Shown: piece after piece, positions 28,261 to 38,600 of the stretch | How the letters are laid out: every line of letters starts with the position of its first letter | Numbering within the stretch: position 1 is the first letter of the stretch | IMG/VR virus record: IMGVR_UViG_3300005529_000001 | Span: 208,882-272,881 of that record | Reading direction: 5' to 3' (one strand) | Length of the DNA: 64,000 nucleotides | From: a virus | Made by a program: the position numbers and the translations under genes | Notes under the pieces: generated by a model | What the model was told of the DNA's origin: nothing | The model's database searches: none | The model's input: only the letters and a program-made list of their open reading frames with translations

Positions 28261-31200
28261 TCAACCGGCGCCTACTGGGTTCGGGCCCGGAACGTTGTCA
28301 GACGGGGTGTAACCGCTCAACGGGTTGGATGCTTTCTGGTCTGGATGTGACGTTGCAAAGTCAATACGATCTCGAACGATCGATCCAGCACGGAGGATCA
28401 TGACCTTTTCCACCTTGTCGACGTCCATCGTCACCTCCAGGTTGATGTTGAGCTGGACGTTTCTGCTTGGGTTGACTTGGTAGTTGACCTTGCCTCCCAG
28501 ACCGACTGTCTTAGCGACCTGGTCCAGCTTGGCTTTGACGTCAAAGTCCTTGTTGAGACCCTGTAGCGCTGTGTCAAGATCATTGCTCGCCTTGACCATC
28601 TCGCTGATGGCGACAAGCGCGCCTGTCACGCCACCCTTGCCATCACCCCTCAACGTTGAACCGAGCGCGCTCATGTTCTGTTCGAAACCTTGCAGCGTAT
28701 CGCTGATCAACTTGGAGTTGCCGGTTAGCTTGGTGAGTGAAGCGATCTGGTCATCATTGATGACATTGAAATCGACTTTTGATAGCTTGTCCTTGATCGT
28801 CTGAAGCGTCCCAGCGATGTCAAAGTTCTTGTCATCAAGCTGCTTCTGGACATCTTTCACTGCGCTGATGTTTTCAGACACTTGTGAGATGACGCTGGTC
28901 GTGCTTGCGGCAGCGTCTCGTGCGGCATCGGCGGTAGCATCGGTCGTTGTCTTGGTCATCGCTGCGGCTTTACGAGCTGCTTCTGACGCTTTGTCTTTCT
29001 CCGACCTAAGGTACTTGTCTTGGATCTCATCAGACGCTTGTGAGAATGCCGCTGACACGTCAGACATGCCCTTCGTCATCTGGTCAGACTTCTGATCGAT
29101 GGTCTTCTTGATGCTGTCAGTGAACCCATCGATCTTCTTAGCAAAGTCCGTACCAAAGACCTTGTCCAGACCCGAAGCCATTGAGCTGGCTAGCGATCCC
29201 ACCAATCCCAGGACAACGTTTTCGATCATCGTGAACAGCTGGATGCCTAGTTTGCCCAACACGATGGGCAACTGGATGAAAACGAGGTTCACCGCACCGA
29301 CCAACAACCTCAACACCGACAACCCTAGGTCTTTCATCGATTGGTTGATCGAAGCTTGGTCGCCCGTGAACAGGTTTGTCAAGACCGTCCACACAGAACC
29401 AAAGACCTCAAAAGCTCCCGCAAGAGCTTTCTTGAGAGAGTTACCGAACCCAGTCCCAAATGCTGAGTTGATGCTCTTGAAGAGCGTATCAACGACCTTG
29501 GCTAGCACGTTTGCGATCGTCGTCTGCAGGTCATCGGGCAACAAGCCCAATGTCAGAGCATCGATCAACCCCGTGGTGCCCGCCGCGATGACGGCCGAGG
29601 ACCGATCAAGAGTTGACGTCACGTCTTTGGTGTACTTGGCAACGCCACTGCCCACCGCAGCGGCAGCTGCAACGAACGCAGCAGGACCAGCAAACTTGGA
29701 GACGCCCTTCATCAACCCTTCGCCGGCTGTTGACTTAGCAAGCGATGCTCCAGCCTTCTGGATGACAGTCTTTGTCAAGCTTGGGATCACGTTTTTCAGT
29801 ATCGTTGTTCCCAATGCGCCCAGGATGCCACGACCAAACGCAGGACCAAACAGCATCGCTGCGAGAGCACCAAGCACGGGTTTCGCTATCGTAGCGATCT
29901 CCTTTTGGTGCTTTTTCATGAACTGGACAAACAACCGTCCCATTGTCTTGACAAGCGATTCCAAAGCGGGAGCGAGCACTGTCCATGCATGCTTCAAAGC
30001 ATCGACCAACGGGGTGATGACCTCCTGAAGGAAGCCCAAGCCTCCCTTTGCCGTCGCACCGGCTCCCTGGGCATAAGCCGACAAGCCTCCCGGTGTCGTC
30101 AGCATCTTGACGATCTCTCGGGCCCCCGTTGCAATCTCATCAGCGAGGTACTTGATGCCAGCTGCAGCGGTGGTGCTGAGGAACTTGAAGAACGTCTTGA
30201 AACCGCTAACCAGCTTCTTGGCACCGGGCTTTTCAATGTCAAAGAAGTTTTGGAACGTTTTCTTCAGGTTCATCACCAAGTCAGGGATGGAACCCTTTGA
30301 TGGGTTCTTTGGATCCATGCCAGGCTTGCCCAAGAACTTTTCGATAGCCTCGCTCACGCCCTTGAAGAGCGACGTGATCTTCTTTGGGTCAAACATCTCA
30401 TTAAGAGCTTTGCCAACCTCTTGGAAACCCGGGACTATCTTCACCAATGCACGTCCCAGGTCAACACCGATGTACATGACCTGACGCAAAGCGATGCGAA
30501 TCTTGTACATCAAGCCCACAAATTCCTGGCTTGACATGATGCCACGTCCGATGCCCGCGACGAACATCTTCCAGAAGCCGCCCTCCATGCCACCGCCCGA
30601 GAAGACCATGCGCTCGATGGCGTCGGCAAGCTTGCTCATCGCTTCAGCCTGGGTCAACGTCTTCTTCTCAGCCATGACGCTCTTCTTCTGGACTTGGTCC
30701 ATCGAGAGCCCCTGATTCTTGAGAGAAAGAGCTGATTGCACCGTTGCTTCATCAAGGCCCGTTGTTGACGCCACCAGCTTCAACTGCGCGCGGTTGAACT
30801 GGCTGGCATCCACCCCCGCCTTAGCAAAGCTCTTGCGCAACATGTCGAGCTGTTCAGCTGGCGACTGCGCCGACATCATCTCAAAAGCATCGACCTGGAC
30901 ACCCATCGCTTGTGACAGCTTGGCGGCATTCTCTGCGGCGGTGTCAAAGGTGTCAAAAGCGTCAAGCGTTCCCGTGATGTCTTTCAGCTCAAACCCTAGC
31001 TTGCGAGCGTACGTTGACGCTTCAGCGATCTGCTTGACGGTTGCACCACCAAAGTGAGCAACATCGCCCAACGCTTTGCCCATGTCCCTTGAGATCAGCT
31101 TAGCATCCAAGCTAAACGCATCGCCAAGCTCATAAGAGTACTTCGTCATGTCACGGAGGTTCTTCTCCGTCTTGGTCCCCATCGCAGTGCTGCGCATGGT

Positions 31201-32010
31201 GACGGCCTTCATCTCCTCGCCGGCCAGGCCCAAGCCCTTCTGGTAACCGAGGATCGCGCCACCGTTGTTCTCCATCTCGGCACGCAGCTTGGAGAAGGAG
31301 CCTCCCATGTCTTTGGCTAGCTCACCGATGTACTTCAAGCGGTCTGCCATGTTACCAAAGACGCGCCAGGTTGACAGCCCGGTATCTTTGAACCCAGTCA
31401 TCGACTTTGACGTGTCAATGATCGCTTTGTTGGTCGGTCCGTAGAAAGCTCCGAACTCCTTACGCAAGTCTTCAAGGGCTTGCATCAGCTCGTTGCTACC
31501 CCCAGCGCTCTGGGCTGCCATATCAATGAGCCCGCTAAAGATCTTGATTGGGATCGCCAAGATCGATGCGGTAATGTTCCCAAGCCCTGATATGAAGCTG
31601 GTCACAAAGCCGCCGACACCCTTGCCCACCGCGATGATGTTGCTCAAGCCCTGCGACAAGCCCGAGATTGCGCCAGTCGCTATGCCAACCGACTTGGGAA
31701 ACTTGTCGTGGAACTGCTTGCTAGACTCCTCAACTTTCTTGCCCAGCTTCTTGAAAACTGACTCACCCGTACGGCTGGTATCATCAAGCCCGCCCTTCAC
31801 TTTTTTCAGCGCATCAGCTAGCGCCTGTACTCCCTGAACGCTTCCCTGGACGTTGAGCTGTGACAGGGCTTGAGCCAGCTGTCCGAGCGTTGCTGATTGA
31901 GCGGTGTACGATCCCTCGAGCTTCTCCGCAGCGGCAGCCATGCGCTCGACCTGGGCGGCCAGCTTGGTCGTCAGCGCTAACTGTTCTGAGAGCTCGTCTT
32001 TTGAAGGCAC
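28261..32010 (-). CDS. tail tape measure protein (1249 aa)
   Basis: Very long Ala/Gly/Lys-rich helical ORF downstream of the tube/chaperone genes; GTG start. Confidence 0.8.
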   Translation of the reverse strand: MPSKDELSEQLALTTKLAAQVERMAAAAEKLEGSYTAQSATLGQLAQALSQLNVQGSVQGVQALADALKKVKGGLDDTSRTGESVFKKLGKKVEESSKQFHDKFPKSVGIATGAISGLSQGLSNIIAVGKGVGGFVTSFISGLGNITASILAIPIKIFSGLIDMAAQSAGGSNELMQALEDLRKEFGAFYGPTNKAIIDTSKSMTGFKDTGLSTWRVFGNMADRLKYIGELAKDMGGSFSKLRAEMENNGGAILGYQKGLGLAGEEMKAVTMRSTAMGTKTEKNLRDMTKYSYELGDAFSLDAKLISRDMGKALGDVAHFGGATVKQIAEASTYARKLGFELKDITGTLDAFDTFDTAAENAAKLSQAMGVQVDAFEMMSAQSPAEQLDMLRKSFAKAGVDASQFNRAQLKLVASTTGLDEATVQSALSLKNQGLSMDQVQKKSVMAEKKTLTQAEAMSKLADAIERMVFSGGGMEGGFWKMFVAGIGRGIMSSQEFVGLMYKIRIALRQVMYIGVDLGRALVKIVPGFQEVGKALNEMFDPKKITSLFKGVSEAIEKFLGKPGMDPKNPSKGSIPDLVMNLKKTFQNFFDIEKPGAKKLVSGFKTFFKFLSTTAAAGIKYLADEIATGAREIVKMLTTPGGLSAYAQGAGATAKGGLGFLQEVITPLVDALKHAWTVLAPALESLVKTMGRLFVQFMKKHQKEIATIAKPVLGALAAMLFGPAFGRGILGALGTTILKNVIPSLTKTVIQKAGASLAKSTAGEGLMKGVSKFAGPAAFVAAAAAVGSGVAKYTKDVTSTLDRSSAVIAAGTTGLIDALTLGLLPDDLQTTIANVLAKVVDTLFKSINSAFGTGFGNSLKKALAGAFEVFGSVWTVLTNLFTGDQASINQSMKDLGLSVLRLLVGAVNLVFIQLPIVLGKLGIQLFTMIENVVLGLVGSLASSMASGLDKVFGTDFAKKIDGFTDSIKKTIDQKSDQMTKGMSDVSAAFSQASDEIQDKYLRSEKDKASEAARKAAAMTKTTTDATADAARDAAASTTSVISQVSENISAVKDVQKQLDDKNFDIAGTLQTIKDKLSKVDFNVINDDQIASLTKLTGNSKLISDTLQGFEQNMSALGSTLRGDGKGGVTGALVAISEMVKASNDLDTALQGLNKDFDVKAKLDQVAKTVGLGGKVNYQVNPSRNVQLNINLEVTMDVDKVEKVMILRAGSIVRDRIDFATSHPDQKASNPLSGYTPSDNVPGPNPVGAG

Positions 32011-32037
32011 GCGTCACCCACCCTGCAGAAACTTATC

Positions 32038-32331
32038 TCACAGGGGCCACGGGACGCCCAAGATCCGCTCGAACTCCCGGGCGCTCGCGTGTTTCAGGTT
32101 GAGCTTTTGCATCACTGTCTCAACTGTCGCACCAGACCTGTTGAGTTCCTGCTGGAAACGTCGAGATGCCATCAATGCGCTACTGACGGCTTGCACTTCC
32201 GCGGGAGTTCCCCTGATCTTCAGGTTTATGGCCCTGCCGACCAACCAAGCCGCTGCTGCAGTGAAAAAGATCTTCCCGAGCAAGTTGAGCTTTAGCTCGT
32301 TTATCGAAACCTTGGTGTCAACGCCGTCCAT
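32038..32331 (-). CDS. hypothetical protein (97 aa), tail assembly chaperone-position gene
   Basis: ORF; CCTATTTAG motif 5 nt upstream of the ATG. Confidence 0.45.
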   Translation of the reverse strand: MDGVDTKVSINELKLNLLGKIFFTAAAAWLVGRAINLKIRGTPAEVQAVSSALMASRRFQQELNRSGATVETVMQKLNLKHASAREFERILGVPWPL

Positions 32332-32346
32332 GACCCTAAATAGGCC

Positions 32347-32682
32347 TCACTGGAACCGCCTGAGGCGACTCGGGGACTGGCTTCGCATCCTGCCCTGCAT
32401 TGTCCTGACATCAGGAGCGTTCTGGTGAAGTGCTCGTGACTGTGATGAGCTCCCATTCGGATCGTTCGGGTTGCTCTTGTTCAGTTCGGTGACGATCCTC
32501 TCGATCCACCACCGTTTGATGGGCACGGGGAGGTTGTACGCCTCCCCCGCTGTCATCCCACCGTAGTAGACCAACAGGAAGCACGGCTCCCAGATCAGCT
32601 GTTCTTTATCGCTGGGCTGCAGGCCAAAGAAAGTTGACCCCGATTGGCATCGAGACCTCCTCTTCGTGACCACAAGACGCAC
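32347..32682 (-). CDS. ORF in the +1 frame, overlapping the end of 32606..33493 (independent GTG-start gene or frameshift extension)
   Basis: No ATG; 77-nt overlap with the upstream gene. Confidence 0.3.
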   Translation of the reverse strand: MRLVVTKRRSRCQSGSTFFGLQPSDKEQLIWEPCFLLVYYGGMTAGEAYNLPVPIKRWWIERIVTELNKSNPNDPNGSSSQSRALHQNAPDVRTMQGRMRSQSPSRLRRFQ

Positions 32683-33493
32683 ACGTCACTTCCTGGCGCA
32701 TGATCATTCCTGGCTCATTGTCACGAATGTAGTTTCGCAAAGCCAGAGAGTCACGAGCGGGCATCATGCGGACGAACGCCGCGATCTTGGCTCGGTCTTC
32801 GATGTTATCGACAGACTGGATGCAGTGAAGCAGGTTTGATGTCACTGACGTCTCGTTCTGAGACAGCGCCAGCTTCTTCTGCTTCTCCTGCAAGGCAGTG
32901 ATCTGCTCTTCGTCACGGCCCGTCAAGAACTTGAAGCGGACGGTCTTCTTGCTCATGGGCAGCTGGAACTCAAACAGGTTCATCCCCTCTTGCACGGGGG
33001 CGATGCTCAGTCGCTTGATCGGCAGCTGGGCGAGGTTGAACGCTCTGGGTCCCTTCGTCTCGCACTCACCGCACTCGAGCTCCGCGTCATAATCAGCGCC
33101 GTACATGGTGATGCGGATCGCGACCATCAACGCATAGCGATCGCCGATGACCATGTCAATCGGATCGATCGCTTTGTTGACAAGGCACGACTTGATCAGC
33201 TCGGTGATGACCGTCCCCTTCTTCAGGAGGGCTCGGCTCGTCAAGATGTCTTCTTCACGAGCGGTACCAGCCCGGATCTCAACGAGCTCAACGCCGTGTA
33301 GCGGGTGGTTGGGCGGGTAGACGCGGCCTGCAGACGGCAACGGGACCGTCTCAACCGGGATCTCGATGCCGAAGTCCGCCTTGAACTTCTCAGCCTGCGA
33401 GAGAGCCTGGACGCCCGCTTGGACTGCGCCCGGGGGCGGTGCTTGTGTTGATGCAGAAAAGACTTGGTTACGCTGCTCGCGTTCCTCAGACAT
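32606..33493 (-). CDS. zinc-ribbon protein (295 aa)
   Basis: CGECE...CASCGH Cys pairs; SD GGAGCG. Confidence 0.55.
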   Translation of the reverse strand: MSEEREQRNQVFSASTQAPPPGAVQAGVQALSQAEKFKADFGIEIPVETVPLPSAGRVYPPNHPLHGVELVEIRAGTAREEDILTSRALLKKGTVITELIKSCLVNKAIDPIDMVIGDRYALMVAIRITMYGADYDAELECGECETKGPRAFNLAQLPIKRLSIAPVQEGMNLFEFQLPMSKKTVRFKFLTGRDEEQITALQEKQKKLALSQNETSVTSNLLHCIQSVDNIEDRAKIAAFVRMMPARDSLALRNYIRDNEPGMIMRQEVTCASCGHEEEVSMPIGVNFLWPAAQR

Positions 33494-33571
33494 GTTCGCT
33501 CCTAGTGTTCAGAAATTACTCCTGCCACCTCGAGCGTAAATGTAAGGGTTGCTACGATTCCCGAGCCGTTT

Positions 33572-33778
33572 TCAGCACTTGAACAGCGGGCTCTCAGCTC
33601 TCTTCTGCGGCGTCCATCGCTTCTCAACCTCGGTCGCGAACTCTTCCCAAGTCCACCCAGCGAACTCGATCAGCTCGTTCCACTCGTTGACATACTCAGA
33701 ATCGTCAATTCGATGATGCAAAAAGTCGTCAGTGAGCTTCTCAAGCATCGCCTCGAGCTGGTCCCACCCGAGCTTCAT
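33572..33778 (-). CDS. small acidic protein (68 aa)
   Basis: ORF. Confidence 0.45.
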   Translation of the reverse strand: MKLGWDQLEAMLEKLTDDFLHHRIDDSEYVNEWNELIEFAGWTWEEFATEVEKRWTPQKRAESPLFKC

Positions 33779-33794
33779 GCTCTGACTGTATCAC

Positions 33795-34073
33795 TCACCA
33801 GTGCGCTTTTGCAGGAGTTGGCTTCGCAACGAGATGCCATACGATATCTTCGTCACGAAAGCCGTGTGCTTTCAGCCCGTTTGCATCCAGTGGGACGACG
33901 AGCCCACGTTCCTGCATTGTCTCGAGCATCTCCTGCGTCCGAGCCAACGACCACCCAACGTACAGCGAGATGGCTCCCAAGTACATAGGGCGGGCAACCC
34001 TATGGAGGTAACGCTCGATTATTTCGAGGACAACCTGTGGGGGCTGCTTGCCATCACGGAGCCACGAGGCCAT
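33795..34073 (-). CDS. winged-helix DNA-binding-like protein (92 aa)
   Basis: ISLYVGWSLARTQEMLETMQERGLVVP resembles a wHTH recognition unit. Confidence 0.45.
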   Translation of the reverse strand: MASWLRDGKQPPQVVLEIIERYLHRVARPMYLGAISLYVGWSLARTQEMLETMQERGLVVPLDANGLKAHGFRDEDIVWHLVAKPTPAKAHW

Positions 34074-34089
34074 CGGTCTACACCCTACA

Positions 34090-34614
34090 TCAGTCAGCTG
34101 CGGGTGGAAACAGGTCAGGACGAGATTTCATCCATTCATCAGCTTCTTTAGCGAACTGTTCGACTTTCTCGGTCACCGTGTAGAGCAGCGAGTTCCCCCG
34201 TTTGCCTACGTCCTTGACCAAGCCTCGAACCAGGACGCCCTGGGCCAACGGTCCCGTCACATCGTTTGGGACTTCTTCATAGTTCCCAAGGAAACGACCC
34301 GGGGTCTCCGGGTCTTGGACGAGTTGGCCGTGTTCGTTACGTTGCCACTGCATCTTCATTCTCGTTGCAGGGGCCCAGTACGAAACGTTGCTCGTTGGCT
34401 TGAAGCTAACGGGATCCTTGCCTTCAAGGCTATGAACTTGCTGCATCACCTCGGGACGGGTCAGCGGACGCCCAGCATGCCACAGAACATAACAGATCAT
34501 GTGGACCTTGTCTCCGGGATAGCCCCTGTCACCGACAGCTTCCCGGATCACGGACTTCAGCTCTGCGAGGGTCAGCTGCATGCTCATATGTATCGCGTGT
34601 GTCAGAAACGACAA
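34090..34614 (-). CDS. hypothetical protein with internal start candidate MQLTLAELKSVIREAV (shared propeptide-like motif)
   Basis: ORF; a likely true start about 11 codons in would place the motif at the N-terminus. Confidence 0.45.
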   Translation of the reverse strand: MSFLTHAIHMSMQLTLAELKSVIREAVGDRGYPGDKVHMICYVLWHAGRPLTRPEVMQQVHSLEGKDPVSFKPTSNVSYWAPATRMKMQWQRNEHGQLVQDPETPGRFLGNYEEVPNDVTGPLAQGVLVRGLVKDVGKRGNSLLYTVTEKVEQFAKEADEWMKSRPDLFPPAAD

Positions 34615-34720
34615 GCCCCGGGCATCGTTTCAGACGAGCCGGGACTTGGAGGCAGGACCGCCGCTGTCTACCGGTGACAGGAGAACCAGCGGCGCCCGCA
34701 CCTGGCCGGAGTGCCAGGAA

Positions 34721-35209
34721 TCAGAACTGCAGAACGGCGTTGTCGAAGCGCAGCGTCAGGCTGATCTCAGCCAGGGTACCGTCTTCATAGGTGAGCTCGC
34801 CGAAGTTAGCTTCGGTTATCCAGGCGCCCTTGATGTCCCAGAGCTCGACAACGGTGCCGACCGGGTCAAGCAGCTTCAGCTGGATGTCACGCTTGTAGAA
34901 GTCAGCGTAGCCAGCGCGGCCCGAGACAGTCTCCAGGGTCAGGCGGATCCACTCCATGACCTGCTGCGCGCCCGAGGGAGCGATCGGGTCATAGAGCGTC
35001 ACAGCCAGGGTATTGAACTTCGTCAATCCCGCAAGGTAACGACGGAAGTTGATGAACGGCACCTCGACCTCTTCCGTGGTCACGGTCGGGCGTGCAGTGG
35101 TCTTCATGATGTAGGCGTCGATTCCCTCGATCATGAGCACCCAACGGTTCTTCCGCTTGGGTTCAAACTTGTTTGGAAGCATCGACGTTACGTCGAGTGT
35201 CTCAGCCAT
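34721..35209 (-). CDS. tail tube protein (gp19 family)
   Basis: LPNKFEPKRKNRW ... TLRFDNAVLQF resembles T4 gp19 (RPNLFQVEI ... TLALDYWE); adjacent to the sheath genes; SD AGGAGAG. Confidence 0.8.
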   Translation of the reverse strand: MAETLDVTSMLPNKFEPKRKNRWVLMIEGIDAYIMKTTARPTVTTEEVEVPFINFRRYLAGLTKFNTLAVTLYDPIAPSGAQQVMEWIRLTLETVSGRAGYADFYKRDIQLKLLDPVGTVVELWDIKGAWITEANFGELTYEDGTLAEISLTLRFDNAVLQF

Positions 35210-35238
35210 TTTTCTCTCCTGTCACCGGGTTCGATCGT

Positions 35239-35245
35239 AACTATC
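35239..35245 (-). promoter_or_regulatory. TAACTAT box upstream of the tube gene
   Basis: Same motif family; about 24 nt from the ATG. Confidence 0.25.
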
Positions 35246-35275
35246 GGCCTTGCGAGTTCGCTGCCCCTTGCGGGA

Positions 35276-35683
35276 TCAGTTCTGTCCGTACATCGCCGCC
35301 TCGGCGGTCTGGACAAATTGCTTGATTCGTTTCAAATAGTTGGCAGCACTGTCTTCGTCGCCGATGCTGACGGCGTTCTCGAGACGTTCGACAGAAGCCT
35401 TCAGCATCCCGACCGTCTTGCCGACCTTTTCTAGGCGAGGGTTACCCTTGCTGATCTTCTTCTCGCTGCCGGAGTAGTTGAACAGGTCCTCATTCATGAC
35501 GCTGTGCTCAATGAGCGCATCATCATATTCTTCATCAACGATCTGTTGCAACTGTTCTAGCGTTACGATGGGCCCGCTGATCTGCACGGGCTCACGGTAA
35601 ACGGGCACGTCTTCGCCAAGGTCCAGCTTACGCCGGACAGCTTCGCGGATGATGCTTCGGAGCTGGTTCTTTGTCACCTTCAT
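35276..35683 (-). CDS. small protein with N-terminal MKVTKNQLRSIIREAV motif
   Basis: ORF between the tube and sheath genes. Confidence 0.55.
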   Translation of the reverse strand: MKVTKNQLRSIIREAVRRKLDLGEDVPVYREPVQISGPIVTLEQLQQIVDEEYDDALIEHSVMNEDLFNYSGSEKKISKGNPRLEKVGKTVGMLKASVERLENAVSIGDEDSAANYLKRIKQFVQTAEAAMYGQN

Positions 35684-35697
35684 GAAGCTACCCTAAA

Positions 35698-38600
35698 TCA
35701 CCCCTGTTGCGAGATGTTGTTCGTCACAACGAAGTCCAACGAGACGTACTCGAGCGACTTGGTGGGCTGGACGAAGATCTTCCCGCGGATGGTGTTGTTC
35801 TCGATGTCGAGCTGCGTCGTTGTCGAGGAGTCGATGACGACCTTGAAACGCTGCAGGCCAGCCTGGGCCTGGATCTTCTGCAAGACGGGGGTGACCGCCG
35901 CAGAGAACCGAGCCAGGGTTGCGTCACGGTTCTGCTCGAACAGGATGGTGTTGGCAATGTCACGGACCTGGCGACGGATCTCGATCAGGAGGCGCCGCAC
36001 GTTGACACGGTCAAGGGCCGAAGCAGCTTGCTGGAGCGTCTTCTGTCCCCAGACCACCACGCCACCCTTCGGGTTGGTGCCGCCCGAAGCGTTGCCCGGG
36101 AAGGCGACCAACGGGTTGACGTTGGCGTCGTAAAGGGCGTCCATGTTGGTCTTCGACAGCTTGACACGAGCCTCGAGGGTCGTCTGCAACGCACCACGAG
36201 TGAAGCCTGCGGGAGCGAACCATGGGTGACCGACCGCGTCGTTGAGAGCGAGAGCGCCCAGGACGGCGACAGACGGGGGAGCAACGACGTTGTTGCCCGT
36301 GTTCGGATCGGGCATCACGACGTCTGGGAAGTACGCTGCACCGAAGCTGCTGTTCACTGACCGCAGCAGGAAGTTCTGCAGCGTGTATGTCACGCTGGGC
36401 AGCTGCGTGTCGGTGGTGACCAGCTGGTCGTTGTTATCATACTGGTCGATGTCCATCAAGAACATGCAATCAAAGCGCTGTTCACAAGCCGCCAATGCTG
36501 CGTCAGTGACGACCGGGTGCCTGATGCCGGGAACGGCGAGCAACATGATGTCCACGTTCGTGGTGTCGCTCATGATGTTGAGGCCAGCGTTGTAAGCTGA
36601 CACTGTCGATCCGAGGTTGAAACCACGGTTCGATGCATTCATGTCATCTTCAACGGCGGTGTTCGTCAGCTGGCGCTGGTCGGGATCAAACAGGTTGGTC
36701 CCATCGAAACCTCCCTGGACCATGAACGTCCACTTGAGGAAGCGCCTGTTGGCCTGGACGAAGTCGCTCGGCAACAGCGCACGGGTTGCAGCGGAGTTGT
36801 TCGTTGCAATGTTCCCGTTGCGGACATAGACTGCGTTCACCCACTGTGTCGGGTCGGCGATGCCAGCCGAGCTGGTGACGACCTGGATGTTCAGCAAGCT
36901 GAAGGCGTTGAAGTTGAACCTGTCGGCGTCCATGATGGCGCCGTTGACGGTGGGTGCTCCGGGCTTGCCACCGTTCTCATACCCAATGCGGACGTTCTGC
37001 GCATCGGTGCGGAACTCGGGCAAGAACTTTGCAAAAGCATGCATTGACTGGTTTGCCAGCGTGCTCAAGTTCGGGGTTGACACACTAGCAACGTGCTCAA
37101 ACTGCATGCCCCAGTACAGCAAGGGGTTGACCTGCAGCTTGGCGCCAGAGCCCTGCGTGATGTTCTGCCGCAGCGGGACCGGCGGCTCGATGACTTGGCT
37201 TGCCCAGGTGGTGCTGTTCAGCGCGATCTCGCTAGAGCTACCGCTGATCAACGAGTTTGCAGGCTGTGCCAGGCAACCGCCAGCTGTCACCAAGTGATGG
37301 ATGCCACGAAGACCGACAGGCAACACCGTCGGATCGACCTGGCCGAGGTCAGTTGACGTATCCATCTCGATGCGGATGTAGTTCGAAGCGTTCGGGTACT
37401 GGCCATCAACGACCAGCTTCTGTGCGGTCGGTCCACGGTCAAAGTCAAAGAACGCGTGGGCGTCACCGATGACAGCAGCGATGTACCGTGAGTCGCTTGG
37501 GTTCAGCGTCAGGCCGCGGAACTGCTCGAGGTAGACGGGTGCTCCGTCGGTGTCACCCCACTGGCGGACGACCAGGTCAAAGGTGCCGTACTGGTTCAAC
37601 GGATCGGTCGAGAGCGCGATGTTCTCGATGCTGATCTTGTAAAGCCTGCTAACGTTGAAGCCGTCATCAAGGGCGTGGACGCGGAACAGGTTGTGGGGCT
37701 TGCCGCCGAACGGTTGTGAGACAACCCACGGTGACGTTGCGTGCTCAAACCGGTCACGGAAGTCCTCATAGTCGGGGACGGTCGATGAACCGTTGTCATA
37801 CTGCAACGAGCTGGTCAAGATGAACGCTGCAAACTCAGCGCCCGGAACGTTTGCAGACGCTGCGCCGGCGCCGAACGAGGAGCTGACGAGACCCGATCCG
37901 GTGACCACTGCCTGCGCAGGGTGGATATCATAGTGGCTGTAGAGGTAGTGACCTGCCTGTTGCAGGTTGTCAGGGTTGGTGTTCAGGACGTTCGCAAAGT
38001 AGTTTGGCGACGTCATGTCGAACGACGCGGTGATCACGTTCGGGAACAGTGGGTTCGTTCCCATGAGACCGTTAAGGAAGAGGACGAAGTCTTGCTTGGC
38101 GATCGACCCAGCGAACAACGTCACGTCACCGATGCTTGCACCGTTGTTGTCAGTCGCTACTGCAGTTGCAGGCGGAGCAACGTTGGTCTGCGCTCCCGTG
38201 AGCGGGAACGAAGCTGACAGCGTCAGGATGACGCCTGAGGCGGCCATGATCATGCCGCGGACGATCGGGACACACGAACCGGACGTTGACGTTGTCTGGA
38301 TGCCCGCAGACGAGAAGAACGTTGAGCCGGCCGACTCGGACATGAAAGCGCCCAAGAAGTACGTACGACCCGACAGGTAGCTGGTCCGGCCTGGTTGGAC
38401 GGGAGTTGCTCCCGTCGATGACGTCGGGTTAGCATAAGGGTTTGGGCTCAGCTGACCATTGTTGTTGGGATCAGGTTCCTTTTCGCCGACTGTCCAGCCT
38501 GCGCCTGTCACGCCACCTGTTGCACTGTTGGGACCCGAGGGTTGGCTAGCGAGACCCTGCCGTGCTTGTCCCTGGCCAACGCCGAGCACCCTGACGTAGG

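Noticed and set aside
35221-35245. GGGTTCGATCG, a T-loop-like sequence, near the tube gene start; checked as a possible tRNA.
   Set aside because: No acceptor, anticodon or D-arm pairings could be drawn around it, so it is not a tRNA. The only confident T-loop in the window belongs to the tmRNA; intergenic regions are mostly under 60 nt with no cloverleaf candidates.
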